Notes: generated by a model not told the origin, from the letters alone. A DNA stretch of 64,000 nucleotides from Tissierellaceae bacterium (GCA_018434075.1 JAHDQA010000011.1:735-64734), one strand, 5' to 3'; positions 20,468-30,164 are shown, counted from the stretch's first letter. Numbers and translations: made by a program.

Positions 20468-20491
20468 ATGAATTTTCATCTAGCCTTTTTT
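20465..20491 (+). terminator. Terminator after the ZIP gene
   Basis: Stem TAGATGA/TCATCTA followed by GCC and a T6 run. Confidence 0.55.
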
Positions 20492-20522
20492 AATATGTTT
20501 TTAATTAAGGCTAAGCATGAAT

Positions 20523-20559
20523 AAATAAGGGGAAACAAAATGTTTGTTTACCCTTATTT
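20523..20559 (-). terminator. Terminator of the yedE-yedF-DUF3343 operon
   Basis: 17-bp inverted repeat AAATAAGGGGAAACAAA/TTTGTTTACCCTTATTT (1 mismatch) with a 3-nt loop. It overlaps the DUF3343 stop codon. Confidence 0.65.
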
Positions 20560-20790
20560 ACTCTGATAAATTTTCTTGTATTCGCCATCACTTAACATAA
20601 AAATACTTTCTATATCATTACTGACTATAGTCCTGATGTCAATTGTCGTAGAAAACTTAACACATATGCCGCAGCTTGAGCTTAAAGCTCTTGGAACAGG
20701 CATGATTTCATTTTCTACATTCTTTGATTTGAGAAATTTTGAGTACTTTATTGCTCCATAGTGCGTATAAAAAAGTGCTATATATTCCAT
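20554..20790 (-). CDS. DUF3343-family protein (putative Se/S carrier)
   Basis: 78 aa with the pattern ...MPVPRALSSSCGICVKF. Immediately downstream of yedF. Confidence 0.65.
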   Translation of the reverse strand: MEYIALFYTHYGAIKYSKFLKSKNVENEIMPVPRALSSSCGICVKFSTTIDIRTIVSNDIESIFMLSDGEYKKIYQSK

Positions 20791-20794
20791 ATCA

Positions 20795-21004
20795 TCACTT
20801 TGTAAGCGTCAATATATATGAATCTTTTTCTTCTTTAACCTCAACTTTATAGCCTGAGTTGATGGCAAATCTAGTGACATTCTCTTTAGCTACATTGCTG
20901 TCTACTAAAACTTGTACATTAGAATTATCCTTTATTGCATTTTTTGTCATCAAAACTGGCTCAGGACACGATCTTCCTCTGGCGTCTACTACTTTAAATT
21001 TCAA
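20795..21004 (-). CDS. yedF: TusA/SirA-like sulfur/selenium carrier (YedF)
   Basis: Active-site motif ARGRSCPEPV. The likely start is the TTG at 21004, 8 nt after AAGGAGGG, giving MKFKVVDARG. The longer ORF to 21061 overlaps yedE and has no RBS. Confidence 0.75.
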   Translation of the reverse strand: MKFKVVDARGRSCPEPVLMTKNAIKDNSNVQVLVDSNVAKENVTRFAINSGYKVEVKEEKDSYILTLTK

Positions 21005-22079
21005 TCTCAACACCCTCCTTAATCTCAACTTCAGTTGATTTTTCAATATTAAAGTATCCAATTAAAAATACTACTATAAAGCCGATTACTACAGCAACCT
21101 TTCCATTCAATGTAGGACCTTGAGCAGATGATGCGAGATTAAAATTATGAGCAAAGGCAGCACCGAAGACAAGCCCTAAAACCGTTATTGCTGAATCAAT
21201 ATTTCCTTCAGCTGATAAAATAAGTTGTCTTAGTGGGCATCCACCTAGCAGAACTGAAGCAAAACCAACTAGCCCCATTCCTAAGAAATTCCACAGACCA
21301 TCAGTATGAGCAATAGGTTGATCAACAAAACCCAGTTTAAATTGACCTAATAATAAGTTCCCGACTAGAGCAGCAACAAAAATAGCCAAAAACCATGAAA
21401 TTAGATGAAAGTCTTTAAACATAATTACATCTCTTATACCTCCAGCACAGCAGAGTTTATTTTTTTGAGCTAACACTCCAACTATTAAGCCATCAACTAG
21501 TGAGAAATAAATTGGAGCATGGCTTGCTCCTGCGCCTTTTTCACTGAACAACAATAGACTTGGGAATGCCACTAAAAGAATAAATAAAACAACTGTTACA
21601 CTTGGCATAATAAATCCTTCAAACTTTGGCAATTCATAAGTTCTTCTTAGACTAAAACCTTTATTTAAAAATAGCACACCAACAAATATACCTGCTGTAA
21701 ATCCTAAGATGCCAATGACTGCATTTAAATCTCCACCTGCTAATCTTAAAATCATTCTCAACGGACAGCCTAAAAACATCAAAGCACCTATCATTACAAA
21801 AAACCCTAGAACAAATCTAGTTAGAGGAGCAGAGCCACCCTTTACTTTAAATTCTTTGCCTGCAATACTCATTACAAATGCGCCAATAATTATTCCGATT
21901 ATTTCGGGTCTAACATATTGCACAGCTTCTGCCCTATGTAATCCTAAAGCTCCTGCTGTATCTCTTATAAAACAAGCGATACAAAAACCCATATTAGCAG
22001 GATTTCCAAATTTAACTAATAAAACTGAAATTAGTCCAATTACTAGACCTGTGGAAATAATACCTTTGTTCTTTTTCAT
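20994..22079 (-). CDS. yedE: YedE-family selenium/sulfur-compound transport protein
   Basis: Polytopic protein with two pseudo-repeat Cys motifs, GFCIACFIRD and LCCAGGIRD. ATG at 22079 lies 7 nt after GGGAGGAG. Confidence 0.8.
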   Translation of the reverse strand: MKKNKGIISTGLVIGLISVLLVKFGNPANMGFCIACFIRDTAGALGLHRAEAVQYVRPEIIGIIIGAFVMSIAGKEFKVKGGSAPLTRFVLGFFVMIGALMFLGCPLRMILRLAGGDLNAVIGILGFTAGIFVGVLFLNKGFSLRRTYELPKFEGFIMPSVTVVLFILLVAFPSLLLFSEKGAGASHAPIYFSLVDGLIVGVLAQKNKLCCAGGIRDVIMFKDFHLISWFLAIFVAALVGNLLLGQFKLGFVDQPIAHTDGLWNFLGMGLVGFASVLLGGCPLRQLILSAEGNIDSAITVLGLVFGAAFAHNFNLASSAQGPTLNGKVAVVIGFIVVFLIGYFNIEKSTEVEIKEGVEIEI

Positions 22080-22148
22080 CAACAATCTCCTCCCTTCTTA
22101 TTTAATTTTAGTATACAACAATTGTTAAAAAATAAACATTTTAATTCG

Positions 22149-22171
22149 CAATAGATAATCATTATCTATTG
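22149..22171. promoter_or_regulatory. Fur-family (Fur-like) operator, perfect 23-bp palindrome
   Basis: CAATAGATAAT-C-ATTATCTATTG. The core GATAATCATTATC equals positions 7-19 of the classical Fur box. It overlaps the -35 (TTGAAA, 22169-22174) of the promoter facing the desulfurase gene (-10 TAGAAT, 22191-22196). Confidence 0.6.
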
Positions 22172-22238
22172 AAAAAAACAATAGTGAATATAGAATCTAA
22201 TGATATATTTGATGTATTATAGTTATGGAGGGATAAAT

Positions 22239-23387
22239 ATGAACAAAATATATTTAGATAATGCTGCTACGAGTTTCCCAAAAGCGCCTGGAGTTAGTGA
22301 TAGCATGAAGTACTATATTGACAATATAGGAGCCAACATAAATAGAGGAGGGTATAGCGAACAATATAAAGCCGAAGAAATTGTATTTGAGACAAGAGAA
22401 ATGTTAAGAGAATTATTTAATGGAGAAGACAGTGCAAATTGTATATTTACTCAAAATATAACACAAAGTTTAAACACTGTAATCAAGGGATATTTAAAGC
22501 ATGGTGATCATGTAATTGTTTCTTCAATGGAACATAATGCTGTTATGAGGCCTTTAGTTCAATTAGAAAAATGCGGAGTGGAGTTTACAAGAGTTAAGTG
22601 TGATGAATTTGGGCGGCTTAATCCATATGACATTGAAAAGTCAATAAAGGAAAACACTAAATTAGTAGTGATAACACATGCGTCTAATGTGTGCGGCACA
22701 ATTCTTCCCATAAAAGAAGTTGGAGAAATATGCAGGAGAAATGGAGTGAAGTTTGTTGTTGATACAGCTCAAACTGCGGGCAGTATAATGATAGATATGA
22801 AAGAAAATAATGTAGACTTTCTTCCATTTACTGGGCATAAGGGTTTAATGGGGCCTCAGGGTATTGGAGGCTTTTTAGTTTCAACTGATATGATAAATGA
22901 GATTGAGCCACTTATTGTAGGTGGAACAGGCAGCATGTCAGATTCAGAGGGAATTCCTCCGTTTATGCCTGACAAATTTGAAAGTGGCACGTTAAACTTG
23001 CCTGGTATATTTGGCTTAAATGAAGCTTTAAAATTCATAAAAAAGATTGGGATAAACAATATTTATAAAAAAGAAATGAATTTGGCACAAAAGCTCATTG
23101 ACGGATTAAATGACATAGATAAGCTTAAGATAGTTGGCTTAAAAGCTACAGAAGGCAGAGTTAGCACTGTTTCTGTGGATTGTCTTCACCATGACAACGC
23201 TATAGTGGCCCATGCACTTGACTCAGAATATAATATCATGACTAGGTGCGGACTGCATTGCGCTCCATCAGCTCATAAAACTTTAGGGACCTTTCCACAA
23301 GGAACTATACGGTTTTCAATTGGATATCACAATACATTAGAAGAAATAAATTATGCCTTAGATGCCTTAAAAAAAATACTATATTAA
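22239..23387 (+). CDS. Class-V aminotransferase: cysteine desulfurase / selenocysteine lyase family
   Basis: PLP-lysine motif FTGHKGLMGPQG and C-terminal catalytic loop RCGLHCAP. ATG at 22239 follows GGAGGG. Confidence 0.8.
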   Translation: MNKIYLDNAATSFPKAPGVSDSMKYYIDNIGANINRGGYSEQYKAEEIVFETREMLRELFNGEDSANCIFTQNITQSLNTVIKGYLKHGDHVIVSSMEHNAVMRPLVQLEKCGVEFTRVKCDEFGRLNPYDIEKSIKENTKLVVITHASNVCGTILPIKEVGEICRRNGVKFVVDTAQTAGSIMIDMKENNVDFLPFTGHKGLMGPQGIGGFLVSTDMINEIEPLIVGGTGSMSDSEGIPPFMPDKFESGTLNLPGIFGLNEALKFIKKIGINNIYKKEMNLAQKLIDGLNDIDKLKIVGLKATEGRVSTVSVDCLHHDNAIVAHALDSEYNIMTRCGLHCAPSAHKTLGTFPQGTIRFSIGYHNTLEEINYALDALKKILY

Positions 23388-23418
23388 AAAATTCCCCTTA
23401 AATTTTAAGGGGAATTTT
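23388..23418. terminator. Bidirectional terminator between convergent desulfurase and xdhC-like genes
   Basis: Perfect 14-bp stem AAAATTCCCCTTAA/TTAAGGGGAATTTT with a 3-nt loop. It overlaps the xdhC-like stop codon. Confidence 0.75.
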
Positions 23419-24180
23419 ATTGTTTTTTATAGCAAGTATTTCTGCTATTATGCTAATTGCTAATTCTTCAGGTGAGTTTGTAGCAATATTAAAACCTATT
23501 GGAGCTTTAACTTTTGACAATTTGATCTCATCTATTCCGTTAGACAAGAGCTCATCAAATATTTCTTTTACTTTTTTCTTACTGCCCATTAGACCTATGT
23601 AATTTGCGTTAGAGTTTACCACGGATTCTAATGCTTCATAGTCTTCTCTATGGCTTCTTGTGACAATACAGATATAAGTATTTTCATCAATATGGCAATT
23701 GATCAAAGATTCATTTATTTTTCCTAAGATCAACTCATCTGCATCAGGAAATCTCGTTTCATTTAAGTACTCTTCTCGGTCATCCAAAATAGATATCTTG
23801 AAGTCTAGTGTTTTTGCGATATCATATAGCGCTTTTCCAACATGGCCAGCACCGCATATGATTAATTTAGGTTTTGATTTGAAGGTTTCGATGAAAACAT
23901 CAACTTCTCCGCCACATATCATACCTATTTCTGGCGAATTTAGTGGAAGATTAAAGATGCTGCTTTTTTGCGACAGAATACAATCTTTTGCTAACTCTAT
24001 GACTTTAAGTTCTAACGCTCCTCCCCCAATAGTCCCCACTGTTTCGCCATTTTCTAAAATCAGCATATCAGCGCCAATTTCTCTTGGCGTAGAGCCTTTT
24101 GCATTTACAATAGTTGCATGTGCAAATACTTTGCCTTGATCTAGAAGATAAATAAGTTCTTTTAAAACATTAATATTCAT
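23398..24180 (-). CDS. XdhC/CoxI-family molybdenum-cofactor insertion/maturation protein
   Basis: N-terminal XdhC domain (ATIVNAKGSTPRE) and Rossmann motif IICGAGHVGKAL. ATG at 24180 overlaps the yqeB end by 11 nt. Confidence 0.75.
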   Translation of the reverse strand: MNINVLKELIYLLDQGKVFAHATIVNAKGSTPREIGADMLILENGETVGTIGGGALELKVIELAKDCILSQKSSIFNLPLNSPEIGMICGGEVDVFIETFKSKPKLIICGAGHVGKALYDIAKTLDFKISILDDREEYLNETRFPDADELILGKINESLINCHIDENTYICIVTRSHREDYEALESVVNSNANYIGLMGSKKKVKEIFDELLSNGIDEIKLSKVKAPIGFNIATNSPEELAISIIAEILAIKNNKIPLKI

Positions 24181-24976
24181 TTTTATCACCCTTTGACAAC
24201 CCATGTAATAGAGCTTCTAAAACCCCTCCAGCGACAGCTCTTGCTTTATCAGAAATAGTGTAAATGTAATCTATGTCTGATCTAGGATCTATATCTCCTA
24301 TTTTTAATCCTTTTTCAACATAAAGGTTTTCTTTTATAAGACCTCGAATAACTCCGCTTATTGGAGCTTTTACTTTTTCTTCTCCCACATAGCAGATAAG
24401 ATCGCCTTCATTTACTAAATCACCTATTTTCCTCACATGTTTGATTAAACCATCTTGTGGAGACTTTATTACCCTTTCTTCTCCATATCCATTTATTAAT
24501 CCAGGTATACCTGTGTTTGGAATAGCAGAGCCTTTATATATAACTTTTCCGAGATAATGCCCTCTCTTTGTTTCAATTACATAATCAACATCATCACCCG
24601 CACAAAATCCTGGACCTACACCAATAGTAATAGGAGCCATATTTTTATTGGTTCCGATATTTCTTTTAGCCAAGATTGCATCAACAACTGCTATTGGCTT
24701 TATTTGACTTATGCTTAAGCCCTCTTCGTCAATCAATACTGGCACATTTCCTTCTTTTAAGATATTCATTGCACTGCCCACACTGTCAGCACGGACTGCT
24801 TTGATGCCTTCAATGGTTATTTCTCCATCGTATATAGCTTCCGAAAATGACACAGTTCTTCTGATAGAAAGCGGTTTTTCAATTTCCAGAGCAATCACTT
24901 TAAATCCAGACTTAAAAAGCCTATGTATAATACCTGACGCAATATCTCCTGCGCCTCTAACTATTACTATTTGCAT
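24170..24976 (-). CDS. yqeB: YqeB-family selenium-dependent molybdenum hydroxylase system protein
   Basis: N-terminus MQIVIVRGAGDIASGIIHRL...RRTVSFSEAIYDG is characteristic of the short Firmicute YqeB family. ATG at 24976 follows GGAGGAAA. Confidence 0.75.
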   Translation of the reverse strand: MQIVIVRGAGDIASGIIHRLFKSGFKVIALEIEKPLSIRRTVSFSEAIYDGEITIEGIKAVRADSVGSAMNILKEGNVPVLIDEEGLSISQIKPIAVVDAILAKRNIGTNKNMAPITIGVGPGFCAGDDVDYVIETKRGHYLGKVIYKGSAIPNTGIPGLINGYGEERVIKSPQDGLIKHVRKIGDLVNEGDLICYVGEEKVKAPISGVIRGLIKENLYVEKGLKIGDIDPRSDIDYIYTISDKARAVAGGVLEALLHGLSKGDKNEY

Positions 24977-25688
24977 TGACTTTCCTCCAATCATACATTT
25001 CACCAAAAACTACCTTAAGGCCTGGAACATCTTTTAAACTACTCTTGATTTCGATAGCATCAGAAATTTCTATAATTTTATTTATATATAAAATCTTCTC
25101 TCCAACGGCATTTTTAAATAATCCTAGGGGACTTTTCACTAATTCGGTTATAGAATTGATGTCAACCGAATCATCAATTAATTTATCTGTCAATTTGCAA
25201 AAGATTTCAGGCCTATGGCATATTTCTTGAATTGGTTTTCCTAATGAATCTAGACCTATTACTCCTACGGTCTTTGTAGTGTAGTTTGTTATTACGGGTT
25301 CAGTTTCATTTGGAGCTTTAATAGGTTTTTCTCTTGAACCGTCAGCTTCAATGAGTATGTAGTCAAAGACATCTCTTTTTATTATCTCATCAATATTATT
25401 TAAATCTAAGCATTTCACTTTTTTACCTATAGAAGTGTCTGAATAAAATGTAATTGAACTATCTTTAGGTACATAATCTTCAGGGAATGAACCAATGAAG
25501 ATAATGTCATATATGTCCATATTTGGATTGAACATAGCAGTTGAAGTTGTTACAAGAACTTTCTTATTTAGTGAAGACAACTCTTTTGAAAGTTTTTCAA
25601 TTGTAGTAGTCTTTCCACCAGCTCCAACAAAAGAGATAATATCGCGATTTGATAGATCAATATAAAATTTTTGATATATATAGTCCAT
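24957..25688 (-). CDS. yqeC: YqeC-family selenium cofactor biosynthesis protein
   Basis: 243 aa. P-loop-like motif FVGAGGKTTT. The gene overlaps the yqeB start by 20 nt. Confidence 0.75.
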   Translation of the reverse strand: MDYIYQKFYIDLSNRDIISFVGAGGKTTTIEKLSKELSSLNKKVLVTTSTAMFNPNMDIYDIIFIGSFPEDYVPKDSSITFYSDTSIGKKVKCLDLNNIDEIIKRDVFDYILIEADGSREKPIKAPNETEPVITNYTTKTVGVIGLDSLGKPIQEICHRPEIFCKLTDKLIDDSVDINSITELVKSPLGLFKNAVGEKILYINKIIEISDAIEIKSSLKDVPGLKVVFGEMYDWRKVNANSNS

Positions 25689-25889
25689 AATATTCTCCTA
25701 AAGTTATTATCATTAATTATAGCATAAAGTGACATAAGTATTAAATATATGCAAATAAATTAACTTATTAAATATAAATCATTCATAATATGAAATATAA
25801 TTTCATTATAGTATCTTTACGTTTATAATTTAATTTCAAATGGTATAATATTCATAACACTTTGTTAAGTTATTCCATGGAGGCAACTT

Positions 25890-26744
25890 ATGAAAAGTAC
25901 ATTTGTTAGAATTCAAGAGTATAAAGCTAATGCAAATGGCGCAGATAAGAAGATAATTGATTTTCTGCTTGAGAAACCTGAGGAAGCAGCAAATTTTACT
26001 ATTCATGAACTAGCTGAGAAAACGTATTCTTCTGCTTCAACCATCGTGAGATTATGCAAGAAATTAGGGTTTAAAGGCTACAAAGATTTTCAGAAATCTT
26101 TGGTTTATGAGCTGGCATTAAAAAAAGAGGTATTAGACGAAAAAAGCCAAGAAATAAATCGGGAAGATTCGTTAGAAAGCATTATTGAGAAAGTAACATA
26201 CAAGAATGTTGTTTCATTGGAAAATACTATGAAGCTTATTGATTTAGAAATACTAGAAAAATGTGTTGATTTGTTGGACAAGGCAAATACAATTCACCTA
26301 TTTGGAATGGGCTCATCGCTTTTAGTGGCAAAAGATGCCTATCTTAAATTTTTAAGAGTGAATAAACCATGCTTGATTAGCGATGACTGGCATGCTCAGT
26401 TGCTTCAAGCCCGAAACATCACTAAGGATGATGTTGCAATTGCGATCAGCTATTCAGGAATGACAGAAGAAGTTCTTAGGTGTGTGCAAACAGCCAAAGA
26501 AAATAATGCACCAATTATAGCTATAACGAGATTTGAAGAAAATCCATTGTCTGTAATTGCGGATTATAATCTTTATGTTTCAGCAACAGAATTTATATTT
26601 AGAAGTGGTGCAATGTCTTCAAGAATATCTCAATTGAATATAATCGATATTTTATTTACAGCATTTATAAATAGAAATTATGAAAAATATCTAAAGCAAT
26701 TTGAAAAGACGCATATACAAAAACCGTATAAACCAGTTGATTAA
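25890..26744 (+). CDS. murR: RpiR/MurR-family transcriptional regulator
   Basis: N-terminal HTH (RpiR type) plus a SIS domain. First gene of the murQ-murP cluster. Confidence 0.8.
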   Translation: MKSTFVRIQEYKANANGADKKIIDFLLEKPEEAANFTIHELAEKTYSSASTIVRLCKKLGFKGYKDFQKSLVYELALKKEVLDEKSQEINREDSLESIIEKVTYKNVVSLENTMKLIDLEILEKCVDLLDKANTIHLFGMGSSLLVAKDAYLKFLRVNKPCLISDDWHAQLLQARNITKDDVAIAISYSGMTEEVLRCVQTAKENNAPIIAITRFEENPLSVIADYNLYVSATEFIFRSGAMSSRISQLNIIDILFTAFINRNYEKYLKQFEKTHIQKPYKPVD

Positions 26745-26765
26745 TAAGAAGGAGGAGATAAAAAC

Positions 26766-27662
26766 ATGACAAATATAGAAAAACTAACAACAGAAGCAAG
26801 AAATCCAAAGACATATAATTTAGATGAGATGTCACCATTGGAAATTGTTAGAGTTATGAATGAAGAAGATGAAAACGTAATAAAGGCTGTGAGAGATGAA
26901 TTAGAAAATATAGCAAAAGCAATTGAGATTTGTACCAAAGCTTTAGAAGACGGTGGAAGGCTAATTTACATGGGAGCAGGAACTAGTGGAAGACTTGGAC
27001 TATTAGATGCTGTAGAATGTCCACCAACATTTGGAACGCCGGATGATTTAGTGATTGGGTTAATTGCTGGAGGTGAGAAGGCGTTCATAAAAGCAGTAGA
27101 AGGAGCTGAAGATAGTACGACATTAGGTGAAGAAGATCTAAAATCAATCGGTGTGAATAGTAAAGATGTAGTTGTTGGAATAGCTGCAAGTGGTAGAACT
27201 CCTTACGTAATATTTGGGTTAAAATATGCTAAGTCAATAGGTGCACATACAATTGCGATTGCATGTAATAAAGATTCAGAAGTTGGCAAAGAGGCGGATT
27301 TAGCAATAGAAGTTGTGACAGGTCCTGAAGTATTGACTGGATCAACTAGATTAAAAGCAGGCACTGCACAAAAAATGGTTTTAAATATGATATCAACAGG
27401 GACAATGGTTGGAATAGGTAAAGTGTACCAAAACTTGATGGTAGATGTAGTCCAAACAAATGAAAAACTTAAAATTAGAGCTGAAAATATTGTTATTTCT
27501 GCAACTAATTGTACTAGAGAAGAAGCCAAAAAATATTTAGAGTTGGCAAATGGCAATGCCAAAACAGCAATTGTTATGATTCTTAAGGGATGTACATTTG
27601 AAGAAGCGACAGACAGATTGTTAAAAAGTAAAGGACATATTAGACTAGCTCTATTAAATTAA
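26766..27662 (+). CDS. murQ: N-acetylmuramic acid 6-phosphate etherase
   Basis: 298 aa. SIS-type motifs GAGTSGRLG and TGSTRLKAGTAQK. Confidence 0.9.
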   Translation: MTNIEKLTTEARNPKTYNLDEMSPLEIVRVMNEEDENVIKAVRDELENIAKAIEICTKALEDGGRLIYMGAGTSGRLGLLDAVECPPTFGTPDDLVIGLIAGGEKAFIKAVEGAEDSTTLGEEDLKSIGVNSKDVVVGIAASGRTPYVIFGLKYAKSIGAHTIAIACNKDSEVGKEADLAIEVVTGPEVLTGSTRLKAGTAQKMVLNMISTGTMVGIGKVYQNLMVDVVQTNEKLKIRAENIVISATNCTREEAKKYLELANGNAKTAIVMILKGCTFEEATDRLLKSKGHIRLALLN

Positions 27663-27683
27663 TATATAAAGGGGAGGAAAAGT

Positions 27684-29108
27684 ATGGATAATAAGGAACT
27701 CGCTAAAAAAATCGTTGAACTTGTTGGTGGCAAAGAAAATGTTTTAAAAGCAGCTAATTGTATGACTAGACTTAGAATTACAGTTAAAAATCCTAGTCTT
27801 GTAAAAGAAGAGGAGCTAAAAAACACTGAGGGCATACTTGGGATTGTTTTAGACGGTAATTACGCACAAATTGTTTTGGGTCCAGGCAAAGCTAAGAAAG
27901 TTGCGGATATCTGCATCGATGAACTAGGTATTCCTAGGGATTTCTCTGTAGATGAAGATTGGATAGAGAATAAAGAGGAAATGAAAGCTATGCAGAAAAA
28001 AAGTCCTCTTAAAAATGCTATAAAAACGATTGCAGATATATTTATTCCTCTTATTCCTGCAATTATCGCCGCTGGTTTATTCAATGGTTTAGCAAGCTTG
28101 ATTTCGACATTACAAGGGCAAGCAATTTTACCAGCTGAAGGTGCATGGAAAGTTATACAATTGTTATTTGCTCTTATTGGCGGTGGATTTTTAAGCTATT
28201 TTGCAATTTATACAGGTATAAACTCAGCCAAACAATTTGGTGCAACAGAAGGTTTAGGTGGTATGCTTGGCGCAATATCAATAAGCCCAAATATTGTCGC
28301 TATTTCAACAATATTTGGATTATATGATGCTGATGTGCCATTAAATTCTATATTGACAACTGGCAAGGGTGGAATAATTGGAGTTATTTTAGGTGTATGG
28401 ATATTATCTAAGATAGAGAAATGGATTAGAAAGAGAATACCTGATGTATTAGATTTAGTAGTAACTCCATTTTTAACATTACTAATAACTTCTGTGCTAT
28501 TTGTTTTTATCATTATGCCTGTTACAGGTTACATTTCCGACTTGTTAGTAAAAGGTTTGAGTTTAATAATTGGTTCTTCTAATTCGATTGTCAATATCAT
28601 AAGTGGGTATATCTTGGCTGCTATATTTTTACCAATGGTATTGTTAGGGCTTCACCATGGATTAATTCCTATATACGCTATTCAATTAGAAAATTTAGGT
28701 GGAGTATCTTTGTTCCCTGTTCTTGCTATGGCTGGAGCTGGTCAAGTAGGAGCAGCTATTGCAATATACATTAAATCAAAAAGAGTGGGAAATCATAGAA
28801 TGCAAAAGATCATCACAGGGGCTTTGCCAGCAGGATTTTTAGGAGTAGGCGAACCACTCATTTATGGAGTTACATTACCATTATTTAAACCATTTATAAC
28901 AGCTGGACTTGGTGCTGGCTTTGGTGGAGCATATGTAATGTTTAGTAAAGTATTGGCAAACGCATGGGGGCCATCGGGATTAGTTGCAATACCAATAATG
29001 AAACCAGAGTCAATGTTAAATTATTTTATTGGTTTAGTAATATCTTATATAGCAGGTTTTATTATCACTTACTTTGTTGTGAAAGATGAAGAAGTTAAAA
29101 ATGTCTAG
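27684..29108 (+). CDS. murP: PTS EIIBC, N-acetylmuramic acid-type (glucose superfamily)
   Basis: N-terminal EIIB with NCMTRLR (active Cys) and a C-terminal EIIC. The gene context is murQ and mupG. Confidence 0.8.
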   Translation: MDNKELAKKIVELVGGKENVLKAANCMTRLRITVKNPSLVKEEELKNTEGILGIVLDGNYAQIVLGPGKAKKVADICIDELGIPRDFSVDEDWIENKEEMKAMQKKSPLKNAIKTIADIFIPLIPAIIAAGLFNGLASLISTLQGQAILPAEGAWKVIQLLFALIGGGFLSYFAIYTGINSAKQFGATEGLGGMLGAISISPNIVAISTIFGLYDADVPLNSILTTGKGGIIGVILGVWILSKIEKWIRKRIPDVLDLVVTPFLTLLITSVLFVFIIMPVTGYISDLLVKGLSLIIGSSNSIVNIISGYILAAIFLPMVLLGLHHGLIPIYAIQLENLGGVSLFPVLAMAGAGQVGAAIAIYIKSKRVGNHRMQKIITGALPAGFLGVGEPLIYGVTLPLFKPFITAGLGAGFGGAYVMFSKVLANAWGPSGLVAIPIMKPESMLNYFIGLVISYIAGFIITYFVVKDEEVKNV

Positions 29109-30150
29109 TAATATAGGTTTTTCAATTTATGTATCCAATTGGAGAGAAAACATAGAAGCTTTAACCTTTGTATATACAGAGGGAGCTTCTGTGTTTACAT
29201 CATTGCATGTACCAGAAGAAAGTAATGATGAGTTTATAGATGAAGTAATTGAAATGATAAAAAGTATTAAAAAAATAGGGTATAGTGTGATAGCTGATGT
29301 TTCAACAAGAACATTATCTAATTTTAAAGTTAAGAATTTAAACGAGCTTGTGAATCTATTGAAATTAGATTGTTTAAGAATAGATTATGGCTTCAGCATT
29401 AAGGAAATTATTGAATTAAATAAAAATGTCAAGATAGCTATAAATGGATCTACAATTAATAAAGTCAGTCTAGAAGAATTGAGCAATTCTTGTGGCAACA
29501 AAATAGCAGCAATACACAATTTTTATCCTAGAGTTGATACAGGACTAGATGATGAACAATTTATTGATCTAAATAATATGCTGTTAAACAATAGTTTCCA
29601 AATATATGCTTTCATACCTGGAGATGTAAATTTGAGAGGACCTATTTATGAAGGGTTGCCTACTTTAGAAAGCCATAGAAATTGCGCACCATATGCATGT
29701 TATGTTGATATGAATAAAAATTATTCGATTGATGATATTATTGTTGGTGATGGCATAATATCACATACTGAATACGATATGATAAAGTATTACAGAGAAA
29801 ATGATGTTATAATTTTGCCTGTTGAGTTAGATTCAAATCACAAATATTTGGATGGCACAATTTTTAGTATAAGAGAAGATTCCCCTTATTCTCTCATGAG
29901 ATTGAAAGAATCAAGAGAGTATGCGTCAATGGGTGATAAAATCATAGATTATAATTGCATTAAGAGAAGTAGAGGTAGTCTAACGATTGATAATTATAAA
30001 TACGGTAGATATTCTGGCGAAATTCAAATTACAAAGAAAGATTATAATGCGGATGAAAGAGTAAATGTTATAGGGCAAATTAAAGATGAATATATATTGC
30101 TTTTAAAGTGCATAAATAATGGGGATAAAATTAAAATCATAAATGTTTAG
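29086..30150 (+). CDS. mupG: DUF871 protein (MupG-type 6-phospho-N-acetylmuramidase)
   Basis: 354 aa. DUF871-like N-terminus (GFSIYVS...) and position within a murQ/murP cluster. The start is ambiguous (ATG 29086 or 29101). Confidence 0.65.
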   Translation: MKKLKMSSNIGFSIYVSNWRENIEALTFVYTEGASVFTSLHVPEESNDEFIDEVIEMIKSIKKIGYSVIADVSTRTLSNFKVKNLNELVNLLKLDCLRIDYGFSIKEIIELNKNVKIAINGSTINKVSLEELSNSCGNKIAAIHNFYPRVDTGLDDEQFIDLNNMLLNNSFQIYAFIPGDVNLRGPIYEGLPTLESHRNCAPYACYVDMNKNYSIDDIIVGDGIISHTEYDMIKYYRENDVIILPVELDSNHKYLDGTIFSIREDSPYSLMRLKESREYASMGDKIIDYNCIKRSRGSLTIDNYKYGRYSGEIQITKKDYNADERVNVIGQIKDEYILLLKCINNGDKIKIINV

Positions 30151-30164
30151 GAAGTGAAGACTTG

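Noticed and set aside
20791-20797. Possible UGA-selenocysteine read-through joining yedF to the DUF3343 gene, considered because of the selenium context.
   Set aside because: yedF ends with two consecutive stops (TGA TGA). The DUF3343 ATG follows in another register. No SECIS-like hairpin is evident.
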